A stretch of DNA of 63,341 nt, filler included, from Asterionella formosa (GCA_002256025.1; 22 parts of 22 records of this genome joined end to end with filler, not necessarily neighbours in it); one strand, 5' to 3'. Counted from the first letter of the whole stretch, positions 37,528 through 51,120 are shown. Notes: generated by a model not told the origin, from the letters alone. Translations and numbers: made by a program.

Positions 37528-37823
37528 AGGGGATACCAATGTTGCTGATCTGTTCACCAAAGAACATAAAGATGATGCCCATTTTCTCCGCCTCCGCAAT
37601 ATTATTGTCCTGTCTCATGGGAATTTTCTCACTTGAGGGGGGTTTTGGTACCATATACCTATTACTCCGTATATCCTACCAAGATTCCTGTAAGTGCTTA
37701 ATTCCCGTGAGTACTCGTCCGTCTACAGCTAGTTAAATACTAATTTAGAATCTCAGTTCCTTGTTAATGTAGCTGCCGCTGGCACTCGTTGCAAGCGTTT
37801 CTCCCTCTCAACACACACAACCA
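37528..37823 (+). mobile_element. 3' end of a copia element: RNase H C-terminus, polypurine tract and probable 3' LTR
   Basis: Translates GDTNVADLFTKEHKDDAHFLRLRNII (copia NxADxFTK motif), then GAGGGGGG at about 37636-37642, then about 180 bp ending ...ACACAACCA. LTR limits approximate. Confidence 0.72.
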
Positions 37824-38185
37824 AAAGGTCTAGAGTACTGGTACATATATTAGGGATATAATTAGCCCCGATTGTGAACCAAAAGCGTTCTGATATTTTC
37901 CAAGTGGACGTGCGGCACTCAGAAATCGAATGATTGGCTGATTTCATGGATTAATTATTGGCCATGCCCACATTCCAAGAAGGTCCCGTAAATCTTTTCT
38001 TGGTACCTAGGACCTGGTCCTGGTTACAGGTAGAACAGTATGAACTGCTATCGTACAAACTCCGTGCTACTGTTCAATGCGATACCGGTACCTGGTATCA
38101 TGATGTGAGCGGAATAATACTTGGGAAAATGTTTGTATCAGAGGAATCAAATTCCGCGTTTCAAGTTCCTAGAACTCGTTACACC

Positions 38186-39481
38186 ATGTCTCCTGCTGAT
38201 CCTATCGCCTTCGACCCTCCTCAGATCCTTAATGCCAAGCGTGTAACAGGGCTTGTGGTAGTTCCAGAGTACGAGAAGTCAGAGTTGAAAGCAAACCCGT
38301 TGGACTTATCATGGAACGCAATGGCACCTGAGCATCTCGAGTCAGGATCAGATCCGCCCACACTCAAACGCCGAAGCTCACTAGCAGGAAACATTCTTCT
38401 CGTGGAGCACCCAGAAGGTCAGAAAGCGTTCTTCCTTCAAAGGAAGATGGCCAAGACGAGTCACGGATGTCTCCGAGTTGGTTTCTTGTGTGAGCAGAAA
38501 ATTGGAGGTATGGAATGGAATGTCATTAAGTCGGATGGGCCGCATCCATTTGAAATGGCAACCATAAAGATTGAATCCAAGGATAAGGTCCTAGTAAATG
38601 ACACAGGAAAAGATACATTTACCAAGGATCCGACTGTTGAATTAAGTGCTTTGCAGATGATTGCAGCATATGATCCACGAGGAGAGGGCGGTGTGATTGG
38701 AAGCTCCTGTATCTGTGCGGATCATACACATGTTTTCAGTGTTCTTCCATTCCATGGTGAAGGAACTTTATTTCAGCATGTTGTGGAATCTGGGCGCCTG
38801 GAGGAGCGAATGGCTCAACACTTCTTCCAACAAATTTTAAAGGTAGGTGTATTGTTTTCTTTTTGTCAGGTGATCAATTCCAAACTGACATCATGTCTTC
38901 TTTTCATTTCGGAAAAATAGGGCTTGAAAACAATGAAAGAAGTTGAAATTTGTCATCGCAGACTGTCGCTGGAGAGTGTTTTGCTACGGGGTTCAACTTG
39001 TATCCTTGCCGACCTTGGGTCGGCACTGAGAATACCGCATGATTGCAGCTTGCTTCAACCACATACTGCATTTGGCGTCGGGTACCCAGGATACTTGGCA
39101 CCGGAAATCGTCAAAGGCGAACTTTTTGATGGGTACGCAACTGATCTTTGGGCAGCTGGTGTCATGCTGTTTGGTATGTTGTTTGGCACAGAAGCACCAT
39201 TTGTGTGGGCGACACCAGATGACCATAGGTTCAAGGAAATTTGTTTAATGGGACATCTGAAGATTATGTCCTCGAAGTGGGAAATAGAAAATCCGCAAAA
39301 ACGAGCCAAATTAGAGCCTCACAAGCCTGTGAGTAATAGTGCTATTGACTTACTTCAAAATATGTTGTGGGCAGACCCAAATGCTCGATTGACGTTAACC
39401 GAGGTCATGGCACATGTTTGGGTTACCAACCAGGATGAGCATCATGCAATATCAACTGTGACATCAAAATTGGCTGAATAG
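38186..39481 (+). CDS. CAMK-like Ser/Thr kinase-fold protein, probably a pseudokinase; intron 38843-38920
   Basis: ATIK, DLG, YLAPE, DLWAAGV and RLTL motifs; phase-0 GT-AG intron; catalytic loop reads HRRLSLES. Start codon inferred. Confidence 0.88.
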
Positions 39482-41582
39482 ATGAAAATGAGTGCGAATT
39501 GGAATCTTACTATTGGTATGGTGTGATACTGGATTATTGTTTAACTTATGTCAATCATTTCTATGGTGTGCTCAATCAGCCTATTTCTAGAGCAGTGGTC
39601 ATTACTCTTGATGGCCTAGATAAGGTAGGGTAGTGGAAAGTTCTAGTCAACTCGTTGTGGATAGGGCACTGCTGGTCATTGACTTCATCTTCTACTGCCA
39701 TAGGTTGTCATAGTAACATAATGATGAATTTGTGAAGAATCCTGTAGAATTGCATTCTTGTACCAGCGATCATGCTACAGCATGTAATACATCAATCTAA
39801 ACCTCCATGATATGTGATCCAATGTTTAAAAACCTCATCAATACATATCGCCCTGTCATGGTCATGATGAAGCATGCATTATGTTATAGAGATCAAGAAC
39901 TGCAACAAATATGTGAGTAAATTATGATCATGGATATTGAAGGAGGAAATACAACAAAAATTTACATACAGAAGAGAATACTATAAGTAATTGACTCGTG
40001 TTGAAATGTATGGCGTTTCTTCCTTTCGCGGCCGCTCCAGTACTGCCCTGGAGGTCAAGATCTTTCTTGCGCTGCTTGTCTGCATACTATTCTGCTATGT
40101 AAATACTGTCTATTTCTATTTAGACTTTCCTCAGACTACATCTAGTCTGCGGACATCTGTCGACATCAACAGCCTAACAGAGACACTTTGACAGACTTGC
40201 ACAACTCAGTTGCTTTTGCTCGTACCAGCATTGAACTCTCAGATATTGGGGAAAGTGATGGTGCCTGAAATTAAAAACACTCTTGCAGCAAGTTTCGATT
40301 GACAAATTANNNNNNNNNNNNNNNNNNNNNNNNNNNNNNNNNNNNNNNNNNNNTTAATTAATTAANNNNNNNNNNNNNNNNNNNNNNNNNNNNNNNNNNN
40401 NNNNNNNNNAAGTCCAATTGAAATATTTTCTTTGCTGACTCTAGTTGCCTGAAAATCCCTTGGTTTAGGCTTCATGGATGCTGGTGACAAAGCTCCATTC
40501 TTTTCCAAGATGGAGATTTGGTTCGACTTGGTAGCAGGTTGATGAAGTTGTCAGCTCCAGGTGACTCGTGGTGCATGAGTTGCAGTGAGTTCCTTTATCT
40601 CCATTGATGAGGCTTTCCTGTGAGACATAATGTTTCTTTTTTTTCGACATTAGTATCCCTGCATGAACTACAGCAGCCTGGTTGAGCATTCCTGCTTTGC
40701 TGTTGACCCGCCTTGGGGCTAGTCTTTGTTCAATCCACTGATCTAGATCAAACAACGTTATATTCCTGACATTGGGCTTGTTCAGCGCTGGTTCTCCGAG
40801 TGAGTCCTACTAGTCACTGCTCACTCTAAAATTTTCTTAATCTCTCTAAATCAAGACCATTGGGAAATTTCATATCCAAGTTGGTGATTATAGTATTACA
40901 TCGCTAAAGCAGAAGTACTGGCCTCGGAATTTACTGAGAGGTCACAGGAGGGAGGGCCAAGTGTTCATTCATTGCATTTCCCAGGTATGCAGCCTTACAA
41001 GGGAAAAGTGATAGGATACATAGCTTCCTTGAGAGACGATTCAAGAACACATCAAAAGCATAAAACAAAACTTAAGAACACATGACAAGAATGATATTAA
41101 TTGTGAAACTACAGCAAGAACATTTGCATCACAACCACAACAAAAACAAGCAATAGCAAAATATAGTCATGGGAGGCTCCCTACTGGTGACCAACAGTAG
41201 TAGTTGATTCATCCGGTAGACTAATTAAGCCCTTGCTGTTTGATGCGCTAGACAATCAATCACTTGATTTTATGCTAACATATGAAATTCAGTTAACATC
41301 TCCCACCTGGATGAATATTTGTCTCATATCATCAACACAAGAGGGCATGAAGCCAATCTCTGTTCTGCGGCACAACAAGTACAAGAGAAAAAATCGTGAA
41401 TCTTTAGGCAATTGGGCATCAATGAAAGCTAAGGAGCACAATGCTGGAAGCTATTTTACAGATGATTACTAGCATCAGTTTGGATGAATATTGCTGAAAC
41501 TCTCTCGAATCCCATAAAGTAGCACAATGCTGTGAGCTATAAAAATTAATACTAATATTGAGGGGTATTGCTGACACACAAT

Positions 41583-43191
41583 CTAATCCCATAAACTTGG
41601 TGAAGTGATTGGACCACTTCTTCTGCTATATGACGGTGGGCCTGCCTGAGGGGAAGTGACTGGAGATAAAGGTACAACATCATTGGCAACATTGTAACCC
41701 TTGCCACCAGAGGGGCCTTGATCCCCCTGAGTGCTGCTACGAGCGCCCTTGCCACCCTTACCCCCAGAGGGGCCGTAATCCCCATGAGTGCTGCTAGAGG
41801 AACCCTTGCCACCCTTACCCCCAGAGGGGCCTTGATCCCCAGGAGTGCTGCTAGGGGAGCCCTTGCCACCCTTACCCCCAGAGGGGCCTTGATCCCCAGG
41901 AGTGCTGCTAGAGGAACCCTTGCCACCCTTACTACTAGAGGGGCCTTGATCACCTGGAGTGCTGCTAGGGGAGCCTTTACCACCCTTACTTCCAGAAGGT
42001 CCTTGATCGCCAGGAGTGCAGCTAGGAGAGCCTTTACCACCCTTACTACAAGAGGGACCTTGATCCCCAGGAGTGCTGCTAGGAGTGCCTTTACCACCCT
42101 TACTACCAGAGGGACCTTGGTCTCCAGGAGTGCTGCTAGGAGTGCCTTTACCGCCCTTACTTCCAGAAGGTCCTTGATCCCCAGGTGTCCCAGTAGGAGA
42201 ACCATTGGAACCTTTACCGCCCTTGCCACCTTTGCTGCCCTTGCCGCCTTTGCTGCCCTTGCCGCCTTTGCCGCCCTTGCCGCCTTTGCTGCCCTTGCCG
42301 CCTTTGCTGCCCTTTCCGCCTTTACTGCCTTTACTAGAAGGGGCACCTGGATCAAAGGGAACTGGTGCAGCACTTGAAATTCCTGGTGGTGCAACAAGAA
42401 TTGGTGACAAGGTTGGAACAACAACAGGAACAGGTGCTGGGGTTGGAGCTACAAACGGAACTGGAGCAGCTGTTGGAGAACCAACAGGGACCATAGCTGG
42501 ACTGTCGACAGGACTTGGTGGAGGAGTCGAAATTCCTGGTGGTGAGGCAAGGAGTGGTGCTGGAGTTGGAACAAGAACAGGAACTGGTGCTGGAGTCGGA
42601 GTAAGAACAGGAACTGGTGCTGGGGTGGGAATAAGAACAGGAACTGGAGTTGGAACAATAACAGGGACTGGTGCCGGAGTAGAAGAATATACTGGGCTAA
42701 AAGCTGGACTGTCGACAGGAATTGGTGGAGGAGTCGAAATTCCTGGTGGTGAGGCAAGAAGCGGTGCTGGGGTTGGAACAATAACAGGAACTGGTGCTGG
42801 AGTTGGAACAACAACAGGAACTGGTGCTGGAGTTGGAACAATAACAGGAACTGGTGCCGGAGTAGAAGAATACACAGGGCTCATAGCTGGACTGTCGACA
42901 ATCGGTGGAGGAGTCGAAATTCCTGGTGGTGAGGCAAGAAGCGGTGCTGGGGTTGGAACAACAACAGGAACTGGTGCTGGAGTTGGTACAACAACAGGAA
43001 CTGGCGCTGGAGTTGGAACAACAACAGGAACTGGCGCTGGAGTTGGTACATTAACAGGAACTGGCGCTGGAGTCGGTACAGTAACAGGAACTGGCGCTGG
43101 TGCCGACGTTGGCATAACAACAGGGGTCGGTGCAGGAGTTTTAGGTTTGAAACGATCACAGACGTAATTTCCGTTTTTGCAGACACAGGTC
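41583..43191 (-). CDS. Pro/Thr/Val-rich and Lys/Gly/Ser-rich repetitive protein (silaffin/cell-wall-like), 5' truncated
   Basis: Frame is open to the contig edge (TCVCKNGNYVC). PTPAPVPVVV repeats, a block of 14 Lys at 3-residue spacing, and eight 19-aa GDQGPSGxKGGKGxPSSTP repeats. Confidence 0.85.
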
Positions 43192-43337
43192 NNNNNNNNN
43201 NNNNNNNNNNNNNNNNNNNNNNNNNNNNNNNNNNNTTAATTAATTAANNNNNNNNNNNNNNNNNNNNNNNNNNNNNNNNNNNNNNNNNNNNAATATACAA
43301 TTATTTGCAGAGTCATCGTTGAGACACTATAGTAATC

Positions 43338-46073
43338 ATGTTGGCAGACCAAGGAATGCTAACTCCTCATGAAACGGAAATTGAGCAGCTAAACCTCAAC
43401 AATGTAATTCGAGAGTTAGAAGCTATCAAGGCTAACAACGGAGGTAAAATGCCATATGGCACTATTTCTAAAGTGGTGGAGGCTAGGAAAAGATTGCTCC
43501 CATGGCTATCAATTAACCATGTCGAGTACCAGATGAAGAAGAACAAGAAATTATTTAAAGAGATTTACTCTAGTAGTAGTACTACTACATCGACCAGCAC
43601 GTTCTCAGCTGCTATGGGTAATGCCGCCTCATTCTCTCTGACTTTTGCTTCCCTTTCCACAATGTCGACCAGCGACTTTAATGCTCCTAGGAACCTTGCC
43701 CCCGCCATCCCCACCAATAATGTTTCCTCACCAGTACTAGCACCAGCAACCACCCCAGCAATTGATTTATTTTATTTGTTTCAAACACAGCAGGACGAAG
43801 AGGAGGGTGGTGGTGAGATATCATTTGATAGCCAGCAGCTAGATGAGCTGACAAGCGCAGAGCAGAAGGACACACACAATATTAAACATACCTGTGAGAA
43901 TTTTGGTGAGGGCGAGATGAGAACAGCAGATGCAGAAGGCAGTGTTAGTCAACAAACAACCAGCACAATAACCGGAGGAAGACCAAAGGGTGCCACTGCA
44001 GCTGCTGTACGAGATGTTGGGCAACGACATGAAATTGCCATGAGGGAAATATGTGATTTGTATTCTGTTGCTCAAGAAAATTTCAAAGATGCCAATAGGC
44101 GAGTAAAAAATGGAACACTTGCGATGATCATAACACAACAAGCAAAAACAAGGAATGGGCTGCCAGAAGAAACTTTCATGAATAGAAGCACAATTGTCAA
44201 CAGAGTCTCACAAAAAAGGGGCACCGACATGGAAGGGTAAGCCCAATGCTTGCAATAGAACCGTACATGGTGGAATTGATTCATCAACTTGCCCGAATGC
44301 GAAATCCTATATCTGTCAGTGATGGTCTTCGACTTGCCAACTCTCTAATATCTGGAACTAAAATAGGAGACAGCGTCAATTCATGGAGACAAACTCATTC
44401 TTCTGCATACCGATCTAATAAAAATCCGAAACTTGGAATGGGTTACTGGAGAGGGTTCATGAAAAGGAACAAAGACTTAGTGCCCGCTAAACGTGGTGTT
44501 AAATTTGAAAGCAAGCGAGCTGATTGGTGCACTTACAATAATTTTGAAGCAATGTATGAGCAAGTATACAAGGAGATGGTTGCTGGAGGGATTGCTGTTG
44601 AATTCCCAAATAAGGAATGGTTGAATAAAGAAGGAGTAGTGGTACTTGAGGAAAAGGATGCATTGGGACTCCAGACAAAGTATAATTTGATTTGTACTGA
44701 CCGGCTGCTTTTTGTTGACAAGGTGGGATCAAACACATCTCAAACTAAAGATGGCAATGTGGGGGAGAGTTATTTCTCTGTGGAAAGGGTGAGCAACCAC
44801 AGCAAAGATCGGCACATAAAGATGCACACTTTACCGTTCTTGGGTTTACAGCTGCGAATGGGAATCCAATTATGTGTGCCATCATTTTTGCTGCTAAGAC
44901 TCTCGAAGATGAATGGGTACTTGGTCTTGATCCATTTGCAGAGTGGGTGGGAGATGAAAACAACTTGTTAGCGAACAATGGAAAGAAAAAGAGGTACCCG
45001 CAAGGACCAGTGTGCACAGTTGACGGAGTCAACTTACCTATATACTGTTGTGCCTCTGAAAATGGAAGTATCACAGCAGAGCTACTTGTTGGAATGCTTG
45101 CACACATGGACAAAACCGGAATTTTTGCACGGGACACTGGCCCACCACCTTTCTTAATTCTTGATGGCCACGGAAGCCGTTTTGACTTGCTCTTTCTTGA
45201 ATACATCAATAATCCTGAGCACAATTGGAATGGCTGCATTGGTGTTCCATACGGGACCTCCTACTGGCAAGTCGGTGACTCCACTGAACAAAACGGTTGC
45301 TACAAGATGGCCATTACAAAAGCGAAGCGGGAACTACTCACCAAGAAAGCGGACCATCGTCAGGAATTCTCACTCAATAAAGTTAACATTGTCGGAATAG
45401 TAAGCACTGCATGGGATGAATCATTTGGTCAAGTTACCTCCAACAGGACTGCAATTGCCAACAGAGGATGGGGCCCACTCAACTATAATGTTCTCAATCA
45501 TTCTGAAATCCAACTTACAAAGACAAGATTGAAAAATGGCACCCAAAACAACAACACTGGAAATGCTACTTCTCCCCAAGAATTAAATCTGTCAGATGGA
45601 TATGCTGGCACTCTAGTTGACCGTGTTGTTGAATTCAGGAATCGTGAAGATGCTCGAAATGGAATCGACCTTGATGCCCAAGCCTGTCAACGCAAGGAAA
45701 CTGCCCAAGCCCATCTCGACTCCCACAAGAAAAGAATCTCTGCCGGCCTATTGGCATCTGCTGGCATTCATGCTCTTGGACCAAATGTGCTTGCATCTGC
45801 ACTGGTGAGAAAGGCAGAGGAACTGGTTACTGAGCGTCAAAACAAAAGGCAGCATGAATTTATGAAGCTACGGAACAAATTTATGGCTCTACGCGCAGCC
45901 AACAAGCCTGCTGAGCATATGCTGTCAGTTCCTGAAATTAAGATCCTTGTGCGATGGTTTCGACGCAACGGAGATTTCCCGGTACCACAAACAAGACAAG
46001 CCCTACTTACCCGCTTGGGAGAGACCTCACACCGAGGAGGAGACCAGCAGGCGCCAGCAGAAGAGATCAAAAC
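43338..46073 (+). mobile_element. pogo/CENP-B-like (DDE_1) transposase with two frameshifts
   Basis: HTH-like LGMGYWRGFMKRN; acidic motifs LFVD, ILDGHGSR and WQVGD. Frameshifts lie in homopolymer runs near 44215 and 44765. Confidence 0.85.
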
Positions 46074-46173
46074 NNNNNNNNNNNNNNNNNNNNNNNNNNN
46101 NNNNNNNNNNNNNNNNNTTAATTAATTAANNNNNNNNNNNNNNNNNNNNNNNNNNNNNNNNNNNNNNNNNNNN

Positions 46174-48839
46174 TGCTCCACGTGGAATCCTATAGAAATG
46201 AAATAAACAATTTTGTGTTAAATATTTGTAATGTATGTGAGGAATATAAGGACTGATGTATCAGTTCATTTTGCATTGGGTATCACTTCATTTGAAAATG
46301 TATTAGTAATGGTTACTTGATTCGAACTGAATTTTCTTCATTCTCCACATAAAATTGTATCACTTAACTTGTCACACAATGTATCATGGTCTAACATGGA
46401 TCTTCAACAGTGACAGGCCAGCAAAGGTCATGTGTAGTAAATCACTCCAGACTGTATTGAGGATGCTCAACCAGCGGTATGTAAAAAAGATAATATTAAA
46501 AACCCCATCAACCATAGGATGAATCAGGTCTTCGCCTCTGGAGTTACCAGGTGATGACCGTGATGATTTCGATGATGAAACAGGCAATAACTCGCAGCAT
46601 TCTGGATTTCCTCTTTCTCTGTCATCATCTAGCTAGCAAGCTGAAGGAGCCAAACAAAAAGACTCATCCAAAAGGGGGAACTGGCAAATGGCACCATGAA
46701 AGAATCTCCTGTCAATCACATGTTGAAATCTCAATCACGAGATTGCTTTCGAAAAAGCATACAGAATATCGCAAAGAACATTTAAAAATCTGCTCTCCAT
46801 GCTGAAATTCAGATTGCAGGTAATTATTCCAAGAAGGGAACCTCTGAGCTTAGTATGATTCACGAAATTGTGGGAGTCATTGGTTTGCAATGGTTGTCTG
46901 GTGGCAGTTACATTGACATTTGTCATACTTATAGTTGTAGCATTACTTAACTTTATCAATGCCGAAATTTGTTCATTGATGCTGTACTTAATTACAAAGA
47001 ACTCAAGATTGCTTATTTTCCCAGAGGAACGAGAAGATTAAATCAAATTGGCATACAACTCTCAATGCAAAAGCTCCGATGGCTTGATAAGAGGATGCGT
47101 TGGTGCTATTGATGGCCTCCTAGCTAGCCACGATCAACCGCCCTACTTTAGTTGACAGTGCCAACATTTTTTCAGGTCACTACATGACTTATGGAATCAA
47201 CGTCCAGTCTTTTTGTGATGCTGACTAACGATTTATATATTTTGGTGTGATTTCACTGGGAAGATGCAGTGACCAAGTATTTTTTGAATGAACTTGATTG
47301 AGTTGCAGCATTTGATGCAGATTTTATCTCCTGGCTGGTTGTCGATGCAGCATACACTTTGTTGGCTCACAATGTGATGATCCAACACAGGATTCATATA
47401 ACTTTTTTATTTCACAGGTGAGGATAAGAATAGAAATGGCATTTGGTCTGCTTCAGAAAAAATAGTGCGTCCTGAAAAGAACCTATCAACAGGCTTGGAA
47501 ACATCCACACAAGTTCTTGAATCATGTGCTTGACTTCACAATTATGTGATACATGAGAAGAAAATTCATATAATCATTTTTGTCTGCTGCCTGGTGATGA
47601 TGCAGAAATATTTCGTTCATCTCACAATTTTGGTCCAATAGTAATCATAAATGTGATGTGGCTGGCTCTTCTCAATTTTTATCATGATCAAAGTTGTAGA
47701 ACCTACACAAATCATTACCATTGGCTGTAGGATTAGGTACAAATGTGTACACACACTAGGAATTACTATTGATGTCATCATAAAACTTGGGCCTGCCACC
47801 AGTGCTCCAAATTTTTTTTTGAAATTTTATCGATCATAGAAACATTTTGAACCTATAACAATATGTCTTTTAATGTTGATATTATATTTTAGCCTATGGA
47901 GAAAATGGTGGTGTAGTTGGTTTGCTCTTAATGTCTGGGGTCAAAAAGGGCCGATTTCTTGTACCCCTTTAAGTTAATTCAGTTGCGGCTTTGTTCATTG
48001 AGGGGTAGCTACTGGACAGCAGGCTCTATGGCTGGTTGTACCCTGAAACTTTAAATCTCATGCAAATGTTTTGAATGATTTTGACAAATATGTGTTTTGT
48101 GTCAACTCCTATTATATGAATCAATCCCAACCCAGTTTCATCCAGAACAAATTCATCTGGTACTATGGCTGAGTGAGTTGACGAACTCATTAATGTCAGC
48201 CAACTGGTCCACCATTAAAAGGTTATTTCCTCTTTTCAACAATACTGATCTCATTTCTGTCCTCAACTGGACCACCAACTAAAGGTTTCCTCTTTTCAAC
48301 AATACTGATCTCATCAATGTTGACTGGACTACCAGCAAAAGTTTTTTCTCTTTTCGACAATATTACCAATCTCATCAATGTCCACTGGACAAGCTAAAGG
48401 ATTCCTCTGTTCAACAATATCTTCCTCATCCTCATCAGCTGTACTGCTTTGATTGCTCATCAAAATGGGAATATTGGCATCCGAACTTTCAGCTACTATA
48501 GCCACTAATTTGCTGCTCATTGCACCAATTAACCAAGATACAGCAGTTGATGTTGAAAGGTAGGTACAGAGTGTATTTAACAAAGAATTTAGTTGATGCA
48601 ATATTATAGTCATGCTTGCATGATGTTAACATTTTTTTTAATTGGTGACAACAGGTTTGATACACAGCAATCAAATACAGTTTTTGGACAGGGTCAAAAA
48701 ACTTGATCAGTGACACAGCCGTGATCAAAAGCCGTTGGTGAGACAAAAATACAATTGATCATACAAACGGCCATTTTCGAAACAAAACCCGGAGATAATA
48801 TACCAATGACGACCAATGACAAATGACAGGAACGGCCCT
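46174..48839 (+). mobile_element. Degenerate PIF/Harbinger transposon with right terminus
   Basis: Broken frames give GCVGAIDG, SGHYMTYGINVQ, DAAY and RIRIEMAFG (DDE_Tnp_4). A decayed opposite-strand ORF with about 59-bp repeats lies at 48220-48560. Terminus ...GGAACGGCCCT. Confidence 0.85.
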
Positions 48840-50704
48840 ACATAAAAGCAAATAAAACGTGGGAGTACGGCCGAGGTACCAGTACCAGGTTGTACGAGGG
48901 ATGAGGCATGTACCGGTCTTTACAGTTCACCTACCACACCGGCATGGTACCTGGNNNNNNNNNNNNNNNNNNNNNNNNNNNNNNNNNNNNNNNNNNNNTT
49001 AATTAATTAANNNNNNNNNNNNNNNNNNNNNNNNNNNNNNNNNNNNNNNNNNNNGGGGGTGTTCAGGAGGATGTGACATCGGCTCAGCATCGCACCTTTT
49101 TATCCTCCAATCCAAAGTCAAGTCAGAAATATCTTCAGGCGGTCAAAACATATTGGACAAGCATTAAAATATTTAAAAGAATCAAAGCTGCCTCTTCATT
49201 CTCAAGAAATGTGGACTAAAGAAAAATTGCGAAAGAATGGGAAATCCTCGATGAAGACATTGGCAGCCAGTGTGATGAAACTTGGAGAAAAGGCGGTCAA
49301 ATGTCCAATGGAGAAATATGCCTGGTCCAAAAACCTCAGAGTTCTTCTTGCATAGTAAGCTAGCTCTCAGTAATGGAAAAATACTAAAGCTGCAAAATTA
49401 TGCTGATCAACAGGAAGACCTACAGTCGATGAGGGATCATCTTGCAAACTCTTTTATATTGGAATATATGTTGCTTGCCTGTGTTGATTGTCCGTATTAA
49501 TGGACCTAAGAAAAGGTTCTTGAATTGGAGCTGTTCTTCCTTCTAGCAGAGGATTATTACAACATACCTCTGGTGGAGTCATTCAATGGTTAACAGGCGC
49601 AGTATGGTGGAAATACATATGACAAATACAAATGTAGGTATATGCTGGAACTTGAATCTATGGATTTAGTATGGTAGGCAGCCAACTGCTACCATCTAAA
49701 AACTGATTTGAACCTCTATCGAAATTATTTACTGTTTTGAACCTCTATACGTAGAATAATAGGTTTTGTCACGAATTTCTGATTTTTTTACAAATCTGAA
49801 ACGATCCATCTGTAGCTGAGCATGTAGCGCTTATCTATGATTGAACGTGCTACTCTGAACATTCATTTGTATAATCGATTTTTATACGTGAAAGTGTCGA
49901 TCGACCTTTTTTGGACAAAATAGCGGTTTACCACAACCTCGGAGTATGCAGGCATGTGAACACATAAATGACATAGGTAAACCTTATTATCATATATTTA
50001 TTTAAATCGACATGGATTTGTTTAGCCCCATAGTAGAAATCATACCAAGTGTATGTTGCACCGGTAATTGATGGCAAACATCATGCATTATGGAACGTTG
50101 TAATCTGTCTTCCCTGTAGAACAACATAAATTAATTCTATGGTATTAGGATTTTTATATACTGCTTTGAACCTCTATAATGGATAAATGCATAATTATAA
50201 ACACTCATATCTTCTGTTTTCAATGGAATCTGGTTGAATCATTTGTCCAATCATAGTCCCTCACCTCTTGTGAACATCTGGAGCATCTAAGGTGACTGAA
50301 TTGAATATTTCAGTGTTAAGTTTGTACTAATTGATCGAATGTAGTTAAATAACAGTAGAGGTTCAAAGCAGCTTTTAGGTGGTACCAGCAGTGTATCCAA
50401 CAAGGTATGAAATTAAGTTATAGAGCACACATTCATTTTCTCTGTGTCTGGCGGCATATGCTCCTTTCGTCGTGATTTTGTGGACAGGTGTTTATATTTT
50501 GCTTGCTAACCATTACCTGTTAAAAACTGCTGTGTCCCGATGAATTATCCTATTCGTTTGAATAGTTCGATTAAACTTATTTGATGCTTCGTGAGAAAAA
50601 CAATTCCAGGTCTTGTTAGCCGAAGGTGTCAGCAGGTTGTCAAGTTGATATTATCAAGGGCGATTCTTTACTGTGGGTGCTGTATATCACTACCTGGTAC
50701 CTGA

Positions 50705-50792
50705 TACCTGCAAGTTTCGGTAATTTTGCTGAACTGAGGATTTAGCTCTTTTTATCCCATATCGAATTGTTTATTTAAGCAAAATGACCGCA
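50705..50792. mobile_element. MITE family A, copy 4
   Basis: TACCTGCAAGTTTCGGTAATTTTGCTGAA...GCAAAATGACCGCA. Confidence 0.72.
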
Positions 50793-50964
50793 TCTCGTTG
50801 TTGTACCTTCAACCAGCAGTCATTTTCCTGAAACGGACAACATGTTACAGGTCATCGACTAATTTATAACGTATAAAGAACAGCTTCTATTCATAGCACG
50901 ATTCAGCGAAATAAATAGCGGAATTCTTCTAATTGCAAAAACGAGAACACCCAGCATAAGACTA

Positions 50965-51120
50965 TGACATTCAGGAAGAATTATGACTTTCAGAAAATTC
51001 CTATAAATTTCAGGAAATGCTTATGACTTTCAGCAAAACTTAAGGAAACTTTAGGAAATGTCAGGAAACATAAGGAAATGCGTAAGAAAATTTCAGGAAA
51101 TGCATGGAATTTCCTGAAGT
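50965..51120. repeat. Degenerate short tandem repeats around TCAGGAAA
   Basis: About ten (T/C)AGGAAA or CAGAAAA variants at roughly 10-20 bp spacing. Confidence 0.6.

Noticed and set aside
37958..38185. N-terminal extension of the kinase-like ORF
   Set aside because: It begins at a non-ATG codon and runs through palindrome-rich upstream DNA; ATG 38186 is more plausible.
39991..40191. Short ORF with one transmembrane-like segment
   Set aside because: It stops after about 60 codons with no clear splice continuation or domain.
40410..40800. Possible decayed retrotransposon pol fragment
   Set aside because: No diagnostic motif could be read with confidence.
41552..43167. Long alternative-frame and antisense ORFs (290, 219 and 320 aa) over the repetitive protein
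   Set aside because: These are shadows of low-complexity codon repeats that lack stops.
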